Assembly (NCBI GenBank): GCA_035494575.1
Contig: DATJGV010000220.1
Location: 1 to 48,090, forward strand
Source: Pyrinomonadaceae bacterium
Lineage (GTDB): Bacteria > Acidobacteriota > Blastocatellia > Pyrinomonadales > Pyrinomonadaceae
Direction of reading: 5' to 3'
DNA: 48,090 bases
Shown piece by piece: positions 10,401 through 19,883 of the stretch. Every line of letters starts with the position of its first letter. Position 1 is the first letter of the stretch. Both the position numbers and the translations under genes were made by a program. The notes beneath the pieces were generated by a model. The model was not told where the DNA came from. It saw only the letters and a program-made list of their open reading frames with translations, and did not search any database.

Positions 10401-11305
10401 ACAACGACTGGACAACGACGCAAAATGACATTGACGGATTTCTTTTAGACAGCGGGCGTAACCCCCTATTCTACCATCCGCAATATGCAGCCCTGTCGGC
10501 GATCAGTTCAGTCGGAAATTCAGATTACCACGCGGGTACATTCACCCTCAGGCAACGGCTTGGTGAAGCATTCACGATGGATCTGAATTATACCATTTCG
10601 CATTCGATGGACGATGCGTCCGGCCTGCAGACAAGCGGCAACTTCGGAACATCGTTTATCCTTAACCCGATACGCCAAAAGGACAACTACGCAAACTCCG
10701 ATTTTGACGTTCGGCACTCATTCAACGCTAACGCTATCTGGCAAATCCCCGTCGGCCGCGGACGGTGGTTGATGAGAGATGTTAACAAGATAGTCAACGG
10801 ATTTATCGGCGGATGGCAGTTGTCCGGTATCTTCCGATGGAATTCGGGACTACCGATCTGGTCTCCGTACGATACTCTGTGGGCAACCAATTGGAATGTC
10901 CAGAGCAGTGGCGTGAGGATCAGACCGGTTCAGTCTTGCGCGACTCGGGGCGAGGACGGAGATTTTGCCAGCTTGTTCGGCTGTGACCGTACTGGTGCCT
11001 ACCAGAGCTGGCGAAACGCCAAACCTGGCGAGACCGGAGACCGCAACGTGATCCGGTTACCAGGTTACAGTGCTCTTGATCTGGGCTTAGGAAAGTCATT
11101 CAGAATGCCTTGGGGGGAAAATCACCGGCTGCAATTTCGTGTTGAGGCTTTTAATGTGCTTAATGTGCAAAGCTTTGGTGAAACAGCAAATCAGCAGATT
11201 CAGATAGACCCACAAGCAAACAACCCGGCCGGAGATTGGTGGAATTTTACCGACATTCAGGGATCACCTCGCGTGATTCAGTTTGGCTTGCGGTACAGCT
11301 TCTAA
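7469..11305 (+). CDS. TonB-dependent outer-membrane receptor with N-terminal carboxypeptidase-regulatory-like domain
   Basis: 1278 aa with signal peptide ..LFAGQGVFAQ. The CarboxypepD_reg-like segment is GTVKDAQGNVAVGATVTLSNPETNFNRTQVTNGEGNFSFLGIPPDTYSLEV. Plug-like region DVTLDGVDINE. C-terminal beta-barrel signature FGLRYSF. Confidence 0.88.
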   Translation: MIKHDSKRSSFFMWAVMLVTLFAGQGVFAQTGTSSISGTVKDAQGNVAVGATVTLSNPETNFNRTQVTNGEGNFSFLGIPPDTYSLEVNASGFKKAVLKDVQALVAKPTEVNVQIEVGSVSESVTVSAEGSEALINTQDASLGNNFQSLQITQLPLEARDVTSLLTLQPGSTREGYVAGARADQSNVTLDGVDINEAQTNQVGSPKGGVGADSLNGFSDSPTAGTVLRLNGEAVEEFRVTTTNPNASMGRSSGAQISLITKTGTNSWRGAAFLYNRDTAFTANDFFNNRSGIERPNLKRNVYGGAVGGPIIKDRAFFFYSYEGRRDRSQATFLSRVPLASMGRGELRYYNDDGGVTTLTSADMATIFPDLNGVNPAAVSALAAAAAKYPANDFSIGDGLNVAGYRFNAPLPIDLNSHVARLDFNLTSKQQAYVRFQYQQDDIGGSRLFPDTPSQDTWSHPLGLVVGHNWTIGNNLINTFRYGLTREAFTAGGDSSKNEIYFRNIFFPVNDSRETSRKTPVQNIVDDVSWIKGSHTWQFGTNIRIIRNHRVSYANAFDTAYTNPSGWEDSGSPITDAINEFSVIGSDSDESDVRSAATALLGRLTAFTGRFTFDGDGNLLPAGAPSVRDFATEEYDFYAQDIWKIKSNLTLTAGLRYSLSRPVYEKNGLEARPNISLSEFFRRRLAGAASGVPYNDPLTVELSGPANGKAPLYDWDTNNFQPRIALAWSPNFKQGFLATLFGKNSESVFRGGFGISNDYYGQQLAVAFDLNNKLGFASQVTLAAGTCNTTTVICPLFTSFSQDVRGLLPDFGLPVPGSLSFPQMAPVDSRRRIESSIDSEIKAPIHYSWNFTYERTLPKGFVVSASYVGRAARNLLASRDVAALNNLVDTKSGMDWYTAAGMLEDYRRQYSPTIDPSLPRSVRDPLYQTAIRSVPAIPYFENLFASVPGFAGWMLGGSRASMAQNATQAVFGDALIFNDNDWTTTQNDIDGFLLDSGRNPLFYHPQYAALSAISSVGNSDYHAGTFTLRQRLGEAFTMDLNYTISHSMDDASGLQTSGNFGTSFILNPIRQKDNYANSDFDVRHSFNANAIWQIPVGRGRWLMRDVNKIVNGFIGGWQLSGIFRWNSGLPIWSPYDTLWATNWNVQSSGVRIRPVQSCATRGEDGDFASLFGCDRTGAYQSWRNAKPGETGDRNVIRLPGYSALDLGLGKSFRMPWGENHRLQFRVEAFNVLNVQSFGETANQQIQIDPQANNPAGDWWNFTDIQGSPRVIQFGLRYSF

Positions 11306-11326
11306 TTCCGGGATTTTTTTCAACCC

Positions 11327-11359
11327 AGATAAGGTGCGAATGATTTTCGCACCTTATCT
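11327..11359 (+). terminator. 14-bp perfect hairpin downstream of the receptor gene
   Basis: AGATAAGGTGCGAA, loop TGATT, TTCGCACCTTATCT. No strong U-tract follows. Confidence 0.5.
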
Positions 11360-11375
11360 TCCATTAGCACCCGAT

Positions 11376-12644
11376 ATGAAAAATATAATACTGAGCCTGT
11401 TAATCGTCCTTTTCTTATCGTCATTTGTCTGCGGTCAAAAGATCTCGCCACAGGAACAGATCATTGTAGATTACGTCGACAAACACATACCCGATGCAAT
11501 TCAGTTACTAGAACAAAACGTCAATATCGAGAGCCCGACCGAAAACCCATCCGGAGTAAAAGCGGCCGGCAGCATGATGATGGATGAGTTCAGATCGATC
11601 GGAATGTCCGTCAGGTGGATAGACATGCCACCTGAAATGAAGCGTGGCGGCCACCTTTGGGCAGAAACTAGCGGAACCAAAGGAAAACGTGTTTTGCTGC
11701 TTGGCCATCTCGATACCGTATTAAAAGGCGAAAAGTTTCGTCGCGAGGGCAACACTATTTATGGCACCGGCACGTTCGACATGAAGGCTGGTAATATCGT
11801 GATATATTATGCGCTGAAAGCGCTGCAATCTGCGGGAGCGTTAAGGGATACAAAGATCATTGTTCTATTGACCGGCGACGAAGAAGACACAGGCCTTCCG
11901 GAAACAATCAGCCGCCGCGACATGTTCGATGCAGCAAAGCGCAGCGATCTCGTGTTAAGTTTTGAAAACGGTGGGGACAACATAGCAACCGTGGCACGGC
12001 GCGGCTACAGTGATTGGCAGCTTGAGGTAACCGCAAAAACCGGCCACTCGTCCGGCATTTTCAGAGAAAGTATGGGCAGTGGGGCTATTTTCGAAACAGC
12101 GCGTATCCTTAACCAGTTTTACGAAAACCTAAACCACGAAAAATATTTAACCTTCAATCCGTCGATCATCAGCGGCGGAACGGAGGTCACTGCGACTGAA
12201 AGCAGCCTGACTTCCATAGGAAAAGGAAACGTCGTCCCTGCTAAAGTCATCGTGCGTGGCGATCTTCGTTTTATCAGCGAGGAACAAAAGGCGGCAGCTC
12301 GTGAAAAAATGAAAGCTATCGTTGCGATGAATCTTCCCGGCACATCTGCAACCATCACTTTTCGTGACGAGATGCCCGCGATGGCTCCGACACCCGCAAA
12401 TTATGAACTGCTGAAACAGCTTGATAATGTAAGTCAGGACCTCGGGCTAGGAACGATCAAACCGCTTGATCCGGGCGAACGAGGAGCGGGCGACATTTCG
12501 TACATCTCCGACTTGATCCCCGGCCTTGACGGGCTTGGTGCAACCGGCGGTAACGCACATGCCAAAGGCGAATATATCGACGTTGATACGCTGCCGATAC
12601 AGATCAAACGTGCCGCACTGCTTATTTATAGGTTAACGAGATAA
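11376..12644 (+). CDS. Exported M20-family metallopeptidase (glutamate-carboxypeptidase-like)
   Basis: The track ORF starts at 11283 and overlaps the receptor gene. The ATG at 11376 gives signal peptide MKNIILSLLIVLFLSSFVCGQ. M20 motifs: LLLGHLDTV, GTGTFDMKAG, LLTGDEEDTG, GGNAHAKGEY. Confidence 0.82.
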   Translation: MKNIILSLLIVLFLSSFVCGQKISPQEQIIVDYVDKHIPDAIQLLEQNVNIESPTENPSGVKAAGSMMMDEFRSIGMSVRWIDMPPEMKRGGHLWAETSGTKGKRVLLLGHLDTVLKGEKFRREGNTIYGTGTFDMKAGNIVIYYALKALQSAGALRDTKIIVLLTGDEEDTGLPETISRRDMFDAAKRSDLVLSFENGGDNIATVARRGYSDWQLEVTAKTGHSSGIFRESMGSGAIFETARILNQFYENLNHEKYLTFNPSIISGGTEVTATESSLTSIGKGNVVPAKVIVRGDLRFISEEQKAAAREKMKAIVAMNLPGTSATITFRDEMPAMAPTPANYELLKQLDNVSQDLGLGTIKPLDPGERGAGDISYISDLIPGLDGLGATGGNAHAKGEYIDVDTLPIQIKRAALLIYRLTR

Positions 12645-12649
12645 AAGCT

Positions 12650-15600
12650 CTATCCTCCTCCCGCTCGGAGCGGGCGACGTAGCAGGGAATAAACAACAGG
12701 AGTCACGACCAGCGACAACACTAAGGCGAACGCCAGGCCGCCGATGACTGCGATCGCGAGCGGCTGCAATAATTCGGAGCCGGAACCGAGAGCGAGCGCA
12801 AGCGGCAGCATTCCCAGGATCGCCGCCAATGAGGTCATCAGCACAGGGCGAAAACGCCGGCGGCCGGAAATTATCAAGGCCTCGGTCAGATCACCCGTTT
12901 TGGCGTAATTTTCTTCGACCGCGTCCAGCATTAATATTCCATTTTTTGCAACGATGCCGACGACCATTATCATTCCCATCAGGCTGACGACGTTGACCGT
13001 CGTTCGCGTGACGAGCAGTGCGAACAGGACGCCGCCGAGGGCAAGCACCGCGCCTGTGACGATGGAGACCGGATGTGCAAATGAACGAAATTCGATCAAC
13101 AGCACAACAAAAACAAGGGCGATCGCCAAGATCAGCGCTACCGCAAGCTCGCGAAACGAGGCTTGCTGCTCGGCATAAAGGCCGCCGTACTCGACGGTCA
13201 TCCCCGCCGGAAAAACAACGTCCGCTGCCAGCCGCGCTTTGATCTTGTCGATGGTGCCGCCCAGATCGCTGCCCGTGATGCGTGCGGTAACGGCTACCGA
13301 TTGCCGCAATCCGTCGCGATTTATTTCGGTCTGACCTTTGTCATATTCGATGTCCGCAACCTGATCCAGCCTAAACTGCGAACCGTTCGACGAACGTATA
13401 GGCAGCGCCCGTATCGTATCAAGGGAATTTCTTGTTTCAGACGGCAGAGTTATCCGAACAGTGATCAACCGGCCATGCTCGAGAATGCTTGATGCCGGAT
13501 CGCCGGTCAGCGCGGTCTCTGCCGCATTTGCAATATCGGTCGTGTTGACACCGAACTGCGCAGCCTTTTGCGGATCGATACGAAACGTTATGGCCGGGCC
13601 GCTGACGACAATACCGCTGAGCGAATCAACAACACCGTCGATCTTTTTTATCGATGCCTCGACCTCTTCCGCCTTTGCCTGAAGAGCTTCCTTATCGTCG
13701 CTGAAAAGTTTGATCTCAATGGGCTGAGGAGCACTAGCGAGGTCGCCAATCAGATCCGACAAAATGCCGATAAACTCCACATCGAGCGCCGGCTCACTAG
13801 ATTCGATCTGACCGCGAAGGTCGTCAGTTACTTCCTCGGTCGAACGACTCCGGTCTCTTTTCATCTTAACGGCGAAGTCCCCCGTGTTGGGTTCGGTGAA
13901 ACCGGTCAGGCCAAGTTGCTGACCTGTCCTTCTCGAAAAGCTTTCGACCTCCGGTGTCGCCTTCAGCATCTCTTCGATGTGGTGGAGCATTCTGTCGGTT
14001 TCCTTAAGCGAACTGCCCGGCGGCGCGACATAATCGAGAATAAACGCTCCTTCGTCAAACGCCGGTAAAAATTCCGAGCCGAGCTCCCGGTAAATTACGA
14101 ATGAAAAAACGAGTACGAGACCGACGATCGCCAAAACGACCCCGCGATTTTTTAGGGTCCATTTCAGGATCCGTTCGTATGGTGTAACTATCAATCCGAG
14201 AATACGGCCAAATTCTTCGTGAACGTTCTTCCCTTTTTTTGCCTTTACAAATTTATCCGCAAGCACCGGCGTAAATGTGAGAGCCAACACTAACGAGGTA
14301 AGCAGCGCAACCGCCATCGTCAACGCAAGCGAACGAAAGAAAACGCCGGTAACGCCTGTCAAGAGCGTGAGCGGCAAAAATACAACGACCGGCGTGATGG
14401 TCGAGCCGATGATCGGAACAGTGATCTCGGAAACCGCGTGCTGCACCGCATCGTGACGCCCTTCGCCATGAAGCAGGTGCGTATAAATATTTTCTACGAC
14501 CACGATCGCGTCATCTATCACCAAGCCGATCGCAGCCGCCATGCCGCCGAGCGTCATCAGATTAAACGACAGGCCAACTAAATACATTGCGAGAAACGTG
14601 GCCAGAATGGTTACGGGGATGACAAGGATCGCAACGAACGTCGTTCCCCAATTTCGCAAAAATCCGTACAGGATCACTATCGAAAGGATCAGCCCAAGCA
14701 GTATTGCATCACGCACCGATGACATCGAATCACGAACGAGCAGCGACTGATCGTAAAAAGGCGCGACCTTAACATCCTTCGGCAGCGTGGCCTGAATTGC
14801 CTTCAATTCGGTCTTTACTTCGTCGGTGACGGTTACGGTATTTGCGTCAGGCTGTCGCAGCACGCTCACCAGTACGGCGTTTTGCCCATCCGCCGTAACG
14901 ATCGAAAAATTGGGTTCGGTTCCCTCATGTACCGTCGCAATGTCGGATATTTTCACATTTACCCCATTCGTGTTTGCGACGACGATTTGCGCAAGATCGT
15001 CCGGACCCGACGCCTGGCCGCTGACCAGCGTTAGTTCAAGTTTATGGTTTTCTTCGATCAGGCCCGGTGACGCGACAATGTTCGAATTTTTGACAGCATC
15101 GCTTACCTGCTGGAGCGTCACGTTTCGCGCCGCCAGCTTTTCCGGATCGATCTCGATATGGTACTCGCGAACCTGTCCGCCCTGGACCTTGACGTTCGAA
15201 ACTCCCGCAAGACGAGCAAGCCGGGGCCGGACCGTGTAACTTGCGATGTCGCGCAAGGCGGTCAAATCACGCGTGTTTGATGTCAGGCTGTAACCGATCA
15301 CCGGAAACACAGCGAACGTCAATCGGTCAACATGTTTGATCGTCGCTCCGGGCGGTAAAACTATCTCCGGCAAACGTGCCTGCACGAGGCCAAGCGATTC
15401 TTTTGGGTTTGTACTCCAATCAAAGAAAAGATTTACCTCGCTCGCTCCTCGTGATGTAACCGATTTAATATTCTTAATACCCGGAATGCCGTTCATCGCC
15501 TCTTCGATAGGTCGTGTCACCGAGGCAAGCATTTGATCGGCAGGGATCTCTCCGTTATCTACAGCGATCTGTATCCTCGGAAAATCGGTATCGGGAAAGA

Positions 15601-15706
15601 TCGCCGTCGGCAAGTTCCAGGCAGCATAGAAACCTGCGATGCACAATAGAATAACCAGGACGACGACGGCCCTTGATTGATTCGAAACTGTGTGAGCAAA
15701 ACTCAT
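12650..15706 (-). CDS. RND efflux transporter permease (AcrB/CzcA superfamily)
   Basis: 1018 aa with the 12-TM / two-large-loop layout. The N-terminus has the typical AIFPDTDFPRIQI sequence. GLVIDDAIVVVENI motif present. Confidence 0.93.
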   Translation of the reverse strand: MSFAHTVSNQSRAVVVLVILLCIAGFYAAWNLPTAIFPDTDFPRIQIAVDNGEIPADQMLASVTRPIEEAMNGIPGIKNIKSVTSRGASEVNLFFDWSTNPKESLGLVQARLPEIVLPPGATIKHVDRLTFAVFPVIGYSLTSNTRDLTALRDIASYTVRPRLARLAGVSNVKVQGGQVREYHIEIDPEKLAARNVTLQQVSDAVKNSNIVASPGLIEENHKLELTLVSGQASGPDDLAQIVVANTNGVNVKISDIATVHEGTEPNFSIVTADGQNAVLVSVLRQPDANTVTVTDEVKTELKAIQATLPKDVKVAPFYDQSLLVRDSMSSVRDAILLGLILSIVILYGFLRNWGTTFVAILVIPVTILATFLAMYLVGLSFNLMTLGGMAAAIGLVIDDAIVVVENIYTHLLHGEGRHDAVQHAVSEITVPIIGSTITPVVVFLPLTLLTGVTGVFFRSLALTMAVALLTSLVLALTFTPVLADKFVKAKKGKNVHEEFGRILGLIVTPYERILKWTLKNRGVVLAIVGLVLVFSFVIYRELGSEFLPAFDEGAFILDYVAPPGSSLKETDRMLHHIEEMLKATPEVESFSRRTGQQLGLTGFTEPNTGDFAVKMKRDRSRSTEEVTDDLRGQIESSEPALDVEFIGILSDLIGDLASAPQPIEIKLFSDDKEALQAKAEEVEASIKKIDGVVDSLSGIVVSGPAITFRIDPQKAAQFGVNTTDIANAAETALTGDPASSILEHGRLITVRITLPSETRNSLDTIRALPIRSSNGSQFRLDQVADIEYDKGQTEINRDGLRQSVAVTARITGSDLGGTIDKIKARLAADVVFPAGMTVEYGGLYAEQQASFRELAVALILAIALVFVVLLIEFRSFAHPVSIVTGAVLALGGVLFALLVTRTTVNVVSLMGMIMVVGIVAKNGILMLDAVEENYAKTGDLTEALIISGRRRFRPVLMTSLAAILGMLPLALALGSGSELLQPLAIAVIGGLAFALVLSLVVTPVVYSLLRRPLRAGGG

Positions 15707-15766
15707 ATGCTGATGCGAAACGGCAGTCCCCGCGTCGGCGTGTCTTCCTATCGCCGCTACCCTTCT

Positions 15767-17146
15767 TTATTTCTCATCCGCGTCGCCTTCCGGTTTCTCC
15801 TCCTCCTTCGCGACCTCAACCTTCGTGCCGTCGGGCAGTTCGTAATTTCCCTCGATTACGACCGTGTCGCCCTCGTTCAAGCCTTCCAATATCTGAACCT
15901 TGTCAGCCGTCTTGATTCCGGTTTTCACCTTGATCTCATGAGCAATTGAATTTGCATCGACCGTCATTACAGTCCCTTCGTCCGAATTCGCCGCCTCAAA
16001 TTGGACCGCCGACACTGGAACCGTAAGGGCATCGTTTTGAGGACTGGCGGCAACTACAAACTTTGCCGAGTCACCCGGCCGCAGCAATCCGCGGCCGTTC
16101 GCAAAATTTGCCCAGACCTCGACCGTGCGGTTCATCGGGTCTGTCGAACGGCTTATAAGCGTAACGCGTCCGCTTATTGATTCGTCCGGCGCTGTGTTCG
16201 GATAGATCGTCACCTCGTCGCCTGTTTTCATTCCGGCGATCGCGGAATCTGCAAACTGCGCCTTGACGATGATTTCCGAGATGTCAGCGATCGTGATCAG
16301 CTTTGCGCCGGCCGATGCGAACTCACCTTGAAACTGAAATTGGTCTGTGACGATGCCCGTGATCGGTGCGCGAATAACAGCCAGACCGGCTTGTGCCTCA
16401 ATATTTTTCAGATGATCTTCGGCTTGCCTGATCTTGGTTTCGGCTATTGCACGGGCGTTCGGATTTACCGCACCGGTATTCAACCGAGCATTTTTCTGTA
16501 TCAGGTGAAGATTGTTTTCGGCATTGTCGAGCGCAAGCTTCGAAGCTTCGAGTTCCTTTAGCGAAATGCCGCCTTTCGCGTACAAGTCCTTTCGTCGTTC
16601 GTAAACCGCACGCGCATTGTCCGCTCCAGCCTTTGCGTCGGCCAGATCTTTTTCGGTCTGAGCGCTTGTCTGCGGGATCGTAACTTTTTGCAAGGTTTCG
16701 AGGCTGAGTTTTGCTTCGTCGAGAGCGGCCATCGCTTCGCGTCGCTGCGCTTCGAGGTCCTTCGACGCAAGCACTGCGACGACATCACCCTTTTGCACAA
16801 GCGCATTTTTCAGTATCCCCATCTCCGTTATCTGCGCTGAAATACTGGCCGCGACCGTTGATTGTTTTGCTGCCGAAGCCGTTCCTATCGCCGATATTTC
16901 CTTTGCGACGGGCCCTTTTTCGACCTTCGCGACCTTCACGCTGACAACGACGTCTTCTTTCTTTTCCTCTTCGCTTTCGGTGGATCTATTTCTCAGATAA
17001 AGGTAACTCGCAACCAGAATCAAAGCGATAACGGCGATACCTATGACGATAGCGGCCTTCGTTCGCGGCGAAGTTTCGCCGTTCGCTTCCTCATCCGATT
17101 CCTCAACCGGGATCTCTTCAACGTTTTCAGGTTCTTCTTCGTTCAT
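15767..17146 (-). CDS. RND efflux periplasmic adaptor (MFP/HlyD family) with acidic N- and C-terminal tails
   Basis: One TM helix (AIVIGIAVIALILVASYLYL), a coiled-coil hairpin region and beta-barrel segments. The ATGA overlap with the upstream TolC-like gene at 17143..17146 suggests translational coupling. Confidence 0.88.
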   Translation of the reverse strand: MNEEEPENVEEIPVEESDEEANGETSPRTKAAIVIGIAVIALILVASYLYLRNRSTESEEEKKEDVVVSVKVAKVEKGPVAKEISAIGTASAAKQSTVAASISAQITEMGILKNALVQKGDVVAVLASKDLEAQRREAMAALDEAKLSLETLQKVTIPQTSAQTEKDLADAKAGADNARAVYERRKDLYAKGGISLKELEASKLALDNAENNLHLIQKNARLNTGAVNPNARAIAETKIRQAEDHLKNIEAQAGLAVIRAPITGIVTDQFQFQGEFASAGAKLITIADISEIIVKAQFADSAIAGMKTGDEVTIYPNTAPDESISGRVTLISRSTDPMNRTVEVWANFANGRGLLRPGDSAKFVVAASPQNDALTVPVSAVQFEAANSDEGTVMTVDANSIAHEIKVKTGIKTADKVQILEGLNEGDTVVIEGNYELPDGTKVEVAKEEEKPEGDADEK

Positions 17147-18525
17147 TGGCCGATCGCTCGCAAAAGGTGCGCCCGCGCGCTTTGGTAATCAAAAATTGCT
17201 TTGTAAAGAGCCTGACGCTGTGTGACCAAAAGGTTTTGCGCGTCAGTCACCTCGATAATTCCAGCCTCGCCAGCCTTATATCTCGCCAGCGACGCATTCA
17301 GATTTTGCTCAGCATCAACAATTGTCGCGCCGATCTGTTTTATGCGGATCGCCGCTGACTCAGCCTGTGCTTTTGCAGCAAAAAAATCGTTTCGAAACCG
17401 GCGCGCTGCCAGTTCGCGCTCGATTTCGCCTTGCTGTAATTTTAATCGCGCCTGAGTTTCGCGCGATCTTGTCGCTCCTGCGTCAAAGATCGGAATGCTC
17501 ACACCGACCGTTATTTGGACGCCAAGATGATTTTTTAGCCGCACGGGGCTTAGCGAATCCGACACAAAGCCGGTGCTTGTTGAGTAGGTCAACTGCGGAC
17601 GCCGGTCCGCCCGCGCGATTTTCACATCCTGCTCCGCCGCGCGGCGTTCCGCTTCGAACTGAGCAAACTCAGGCCGCGTGCTGATAGTCGTTTCCGTATA
17701 GCGATCGATCTCGCCGTTAACCGGTGTCTGCGTCAGCAGGTCGGTCACCGCGACCGGGCGCGAAAAATCGTAACCTATCAAAAACCGCAAGGCATCAGCG
17801 TTGACGGTTTCCTCAGCCTTTGCCTGTTCGAGTTCGTCCTGTCGTGCGGCGGTCTGCAGCCTCGCCCGCACGAGATCGACAGGTGCGACCTCGCCCGCGT
17901 CAACGTTCAGCTTCGTATTGTTTTCGAATTCCTGGGCGGCGGCCAGGTTGGTCTCTGCTCCGCGTCGTTTTGCGACGGACAATTCCAGATTGAAATATGC
18001 GTCGTTGACGGCCTGTATAAGATCGCGTCGCGCGACTTCGCTGCCCGCGCGTGCCGCTGCCAACAGCGCCTGGTTTCGGCGAAGCGTCGCACTTAACTTT
18101 CCCGACGAGTCGATCTCGCCGGATGCCGTAATCAAGCCCTGATATTCGGTGATCGCGTTTGCCCCGATAAACGAAGGCGGACGAGGGTTGCCGCCGCCAA
18201 GCGAAGGCGAGTTGTAGATATAATTCGGCTGCACAGCGACCTTCGGCAGATACGCGGCGCGGGCTTGTTTTATGTCCTCGGCTGCGATCCTTTCATTGAT
18301 CTGCGCCGTTTTAAATTTCGAAGCCTGGTTCAATGCAAGATCGACGGCCTCGGCGATCGTTAAAACGTGTTGTGCCGACACGGCCTGTCCGGCGACGAAT
18401 CGGGCCGCCCCAAACGCAAAAACATGGGAGACTAGCACCACGATCGCTTTTCGCCTTAAATCGTTCACTATATAATCATTTACAAACTTCTGCTTATCAA
18501 AAAGTCTATCATTTTCGGCACGCAT
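17143..18525 (-). CDS. TolC-family outer-membrane efflux protein
   Basis: Two TolC repeats (LTIAEAVDLAL.., ..AEQNLNASLARYKAGE..DVTDAQ). The track start at 18636 would overlap the divergent rarA gene. The ATG at 18525 (MRAENDRL.. followed by a hydrophobic signal) is preferred. Confidence 0.82.
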   Translation of the reverse strand: MRAENDRLFDKQKFVNDYIVNDLRRKAIVVLVSHVFAFGAARFVAGQAVSAQHVLTIAEAVDLALNQASKFKTAQINERIAAEDIKQARAAYLPKVAVQPNYIYNSPSLGGGNPRPPSFIGANAITEYQGLITASGEIDSSGKLSATLRRNQALLAAARAGSEVARRDLIQAVNDAYFNLELSVAKRRGAETNLAAAQEFENNTKLNVDAGEVAPVDLVRARLQTAARQDELEQAKAEETVNADALRFLIGYDFSRPVAVTDLLTQTPVNGEIDRYTETTISTRPEFAQFEAERRAAEQDVKIARADRRPQLTYSTSTGFVSDSLSPVRLKNHLGVQITVGVSIPIFDAGATRSRETQARLKLQQGEIERELAARRFRNDFFAAKAQAESAAIRIKQIGATIVDAEQNLNASLARYKAGEAGIIEVTDAQNLLVTQRQALYKAIFDYQSARAHLLRAIGQ

Positions 18526-18620
18526 TTGCGCATTTTTGCAAAGTGAATTTACGAACAGCAATTCGCATACCGTGTCCGAATTTACCGGTTTGTACGTTAT
18601 AATGGCGTGACCGCAAAAAC

Positions 18621-19769
18621 ATGGAGCCACTCGCAAACAGCATCCGCCCGCGCAGCCTGGACGAATTCGTCGGGCAATCTCACCTTGTCGGACCGGGAAA
18701 ACCGCTGCGGCTAGCGATCGAAAATCAGCTCGTTTTTTCCTTTATATTGTGGGGGACGCCCGGCACGGGTAAGACGACGCTGGCACGAATTTATGCGAAT
18801 GCGATCCACGCTGATTTCCATGAACTCTCGGCCGTCTCAGCTGGAAAGGACGACATTCGCAAGATAGTAAATCGTCCTACCGAAAATGGCCATCCGCGCG
18901 TTTTATTCCTAGATGAGATCCATCGTTTCAACAAAGCTCAGCAGGATTTTCTTCTTCCGTTCGTCGAGAGCGGCGAGCTTGTCCTGATCGGAGCGACCAC
19001 GGAAAATCCGAGCTTCGAAGTGATCCCCGCTTTGCTCTCACGTCTGCGCGTTTTTGTTCTCGACGACCTTTCGCCGGAAGATATGGCTGCGATCATCGAC
19101 CGCACCGGCTACCAGCTTGATAAGGAAGCAAAAGACTGGCTCATCGAGATGGCGAACGGCGATGCCCGCCAGGCGATAACGATGATCGAGAATACTTCGC
19201 GGCTGTATGACGAGATCAACGTGGACACGTTAAAAGAGGCTCTGCAATCGAAATTTCTCCGTTATGATAAAAAAGGTGAAGAGCATTATAACGTCATCAG
19301 CGCCTTTATAAAATCAATGCGGGCAAGCCAGCCGGACGCCGCGCTTTATTATCTTGCGCGAATGGTCGAATCGGGTGAGGACCCGAAATTCATCGCACGT
19401 CGCATGGTCATTTTTGCGTCCGAAGACATCGGACTTGCACAGCCGACCGCTCTGGTTGTGGCCAACGCAGTTTTTCGCGCTGTCGAAACTATCGGCCTGC
19501 CTGAATGTGTCCTAAATCTCGCGCACGGCGTCGCATACCTTGCAAACTGCGCGAAAGATCGCTCGGCAACAAACGCTATCGGCGAAGCGATGGAGGACGC
19601 AAAGAAATTCGGAAATTTACCTGTTCCGATGATGATCCGCAACGCACCGACAAAATTGATGAAAGGCCTCGGCTACGGCAAAGGATACGAGCTTTATCCC
19701 GAACAGGATCTGTTGCCTGAAAAACTAAAGAGCAAAAAGTATTTGAAAAAATCGGAACCACCTGCGTAA
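18621..19769 (+). CDS. rarA: Replication-associated recombination protein A (AAA+ ATPase RarA/MgsA)
   Basis: Motifs [53 protein letters not shown] and the MgsA C-terminal region [18 protein letters not shown]. Confidence 0.92.
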   Translation: MEPLANSIRPRSLDEFVGQSHLVGPGKPLRLAIENQLVFSFILWGTPGTGKTTLARIYANAIHADFHELSAVSAGKDDIRKIVNRPTENGHPRVLFLDEIHRFNKAQQDFLLPFVESGELVLIGATTENPSFEVIPALLSRLRVFVLDDLSPEDMAAIIDRTGYQLDKEAKDWLIEMANGDARQAITMIENTSRLYDEINVDTLKEALQSKFLRYDKKGEEHYNVISAFIKSMRASQPDAALYYLARMVESGEDPKFIARRMVIFASEDIGLAQPTALVVANAVFRAVETIGLPECVLNLAHGVAYLANCAKDRSATNAIGEAMEDAKKFGNLPVPMMIRNAPTKLMKGLGYGKGYELYPEQDLLPEKLKSKKYLKKSEPPA

Positions 19770-19883
19770 GCGGGCGCGTTCTCTTCCGACCCAGACTCAA
19801 TAATTCGGCTAATTAATTATCTAATTAATAATTAGCAATTATTTAATTAAATAGCAGAGATTCTCCTTCAAGGAGCCTACATT

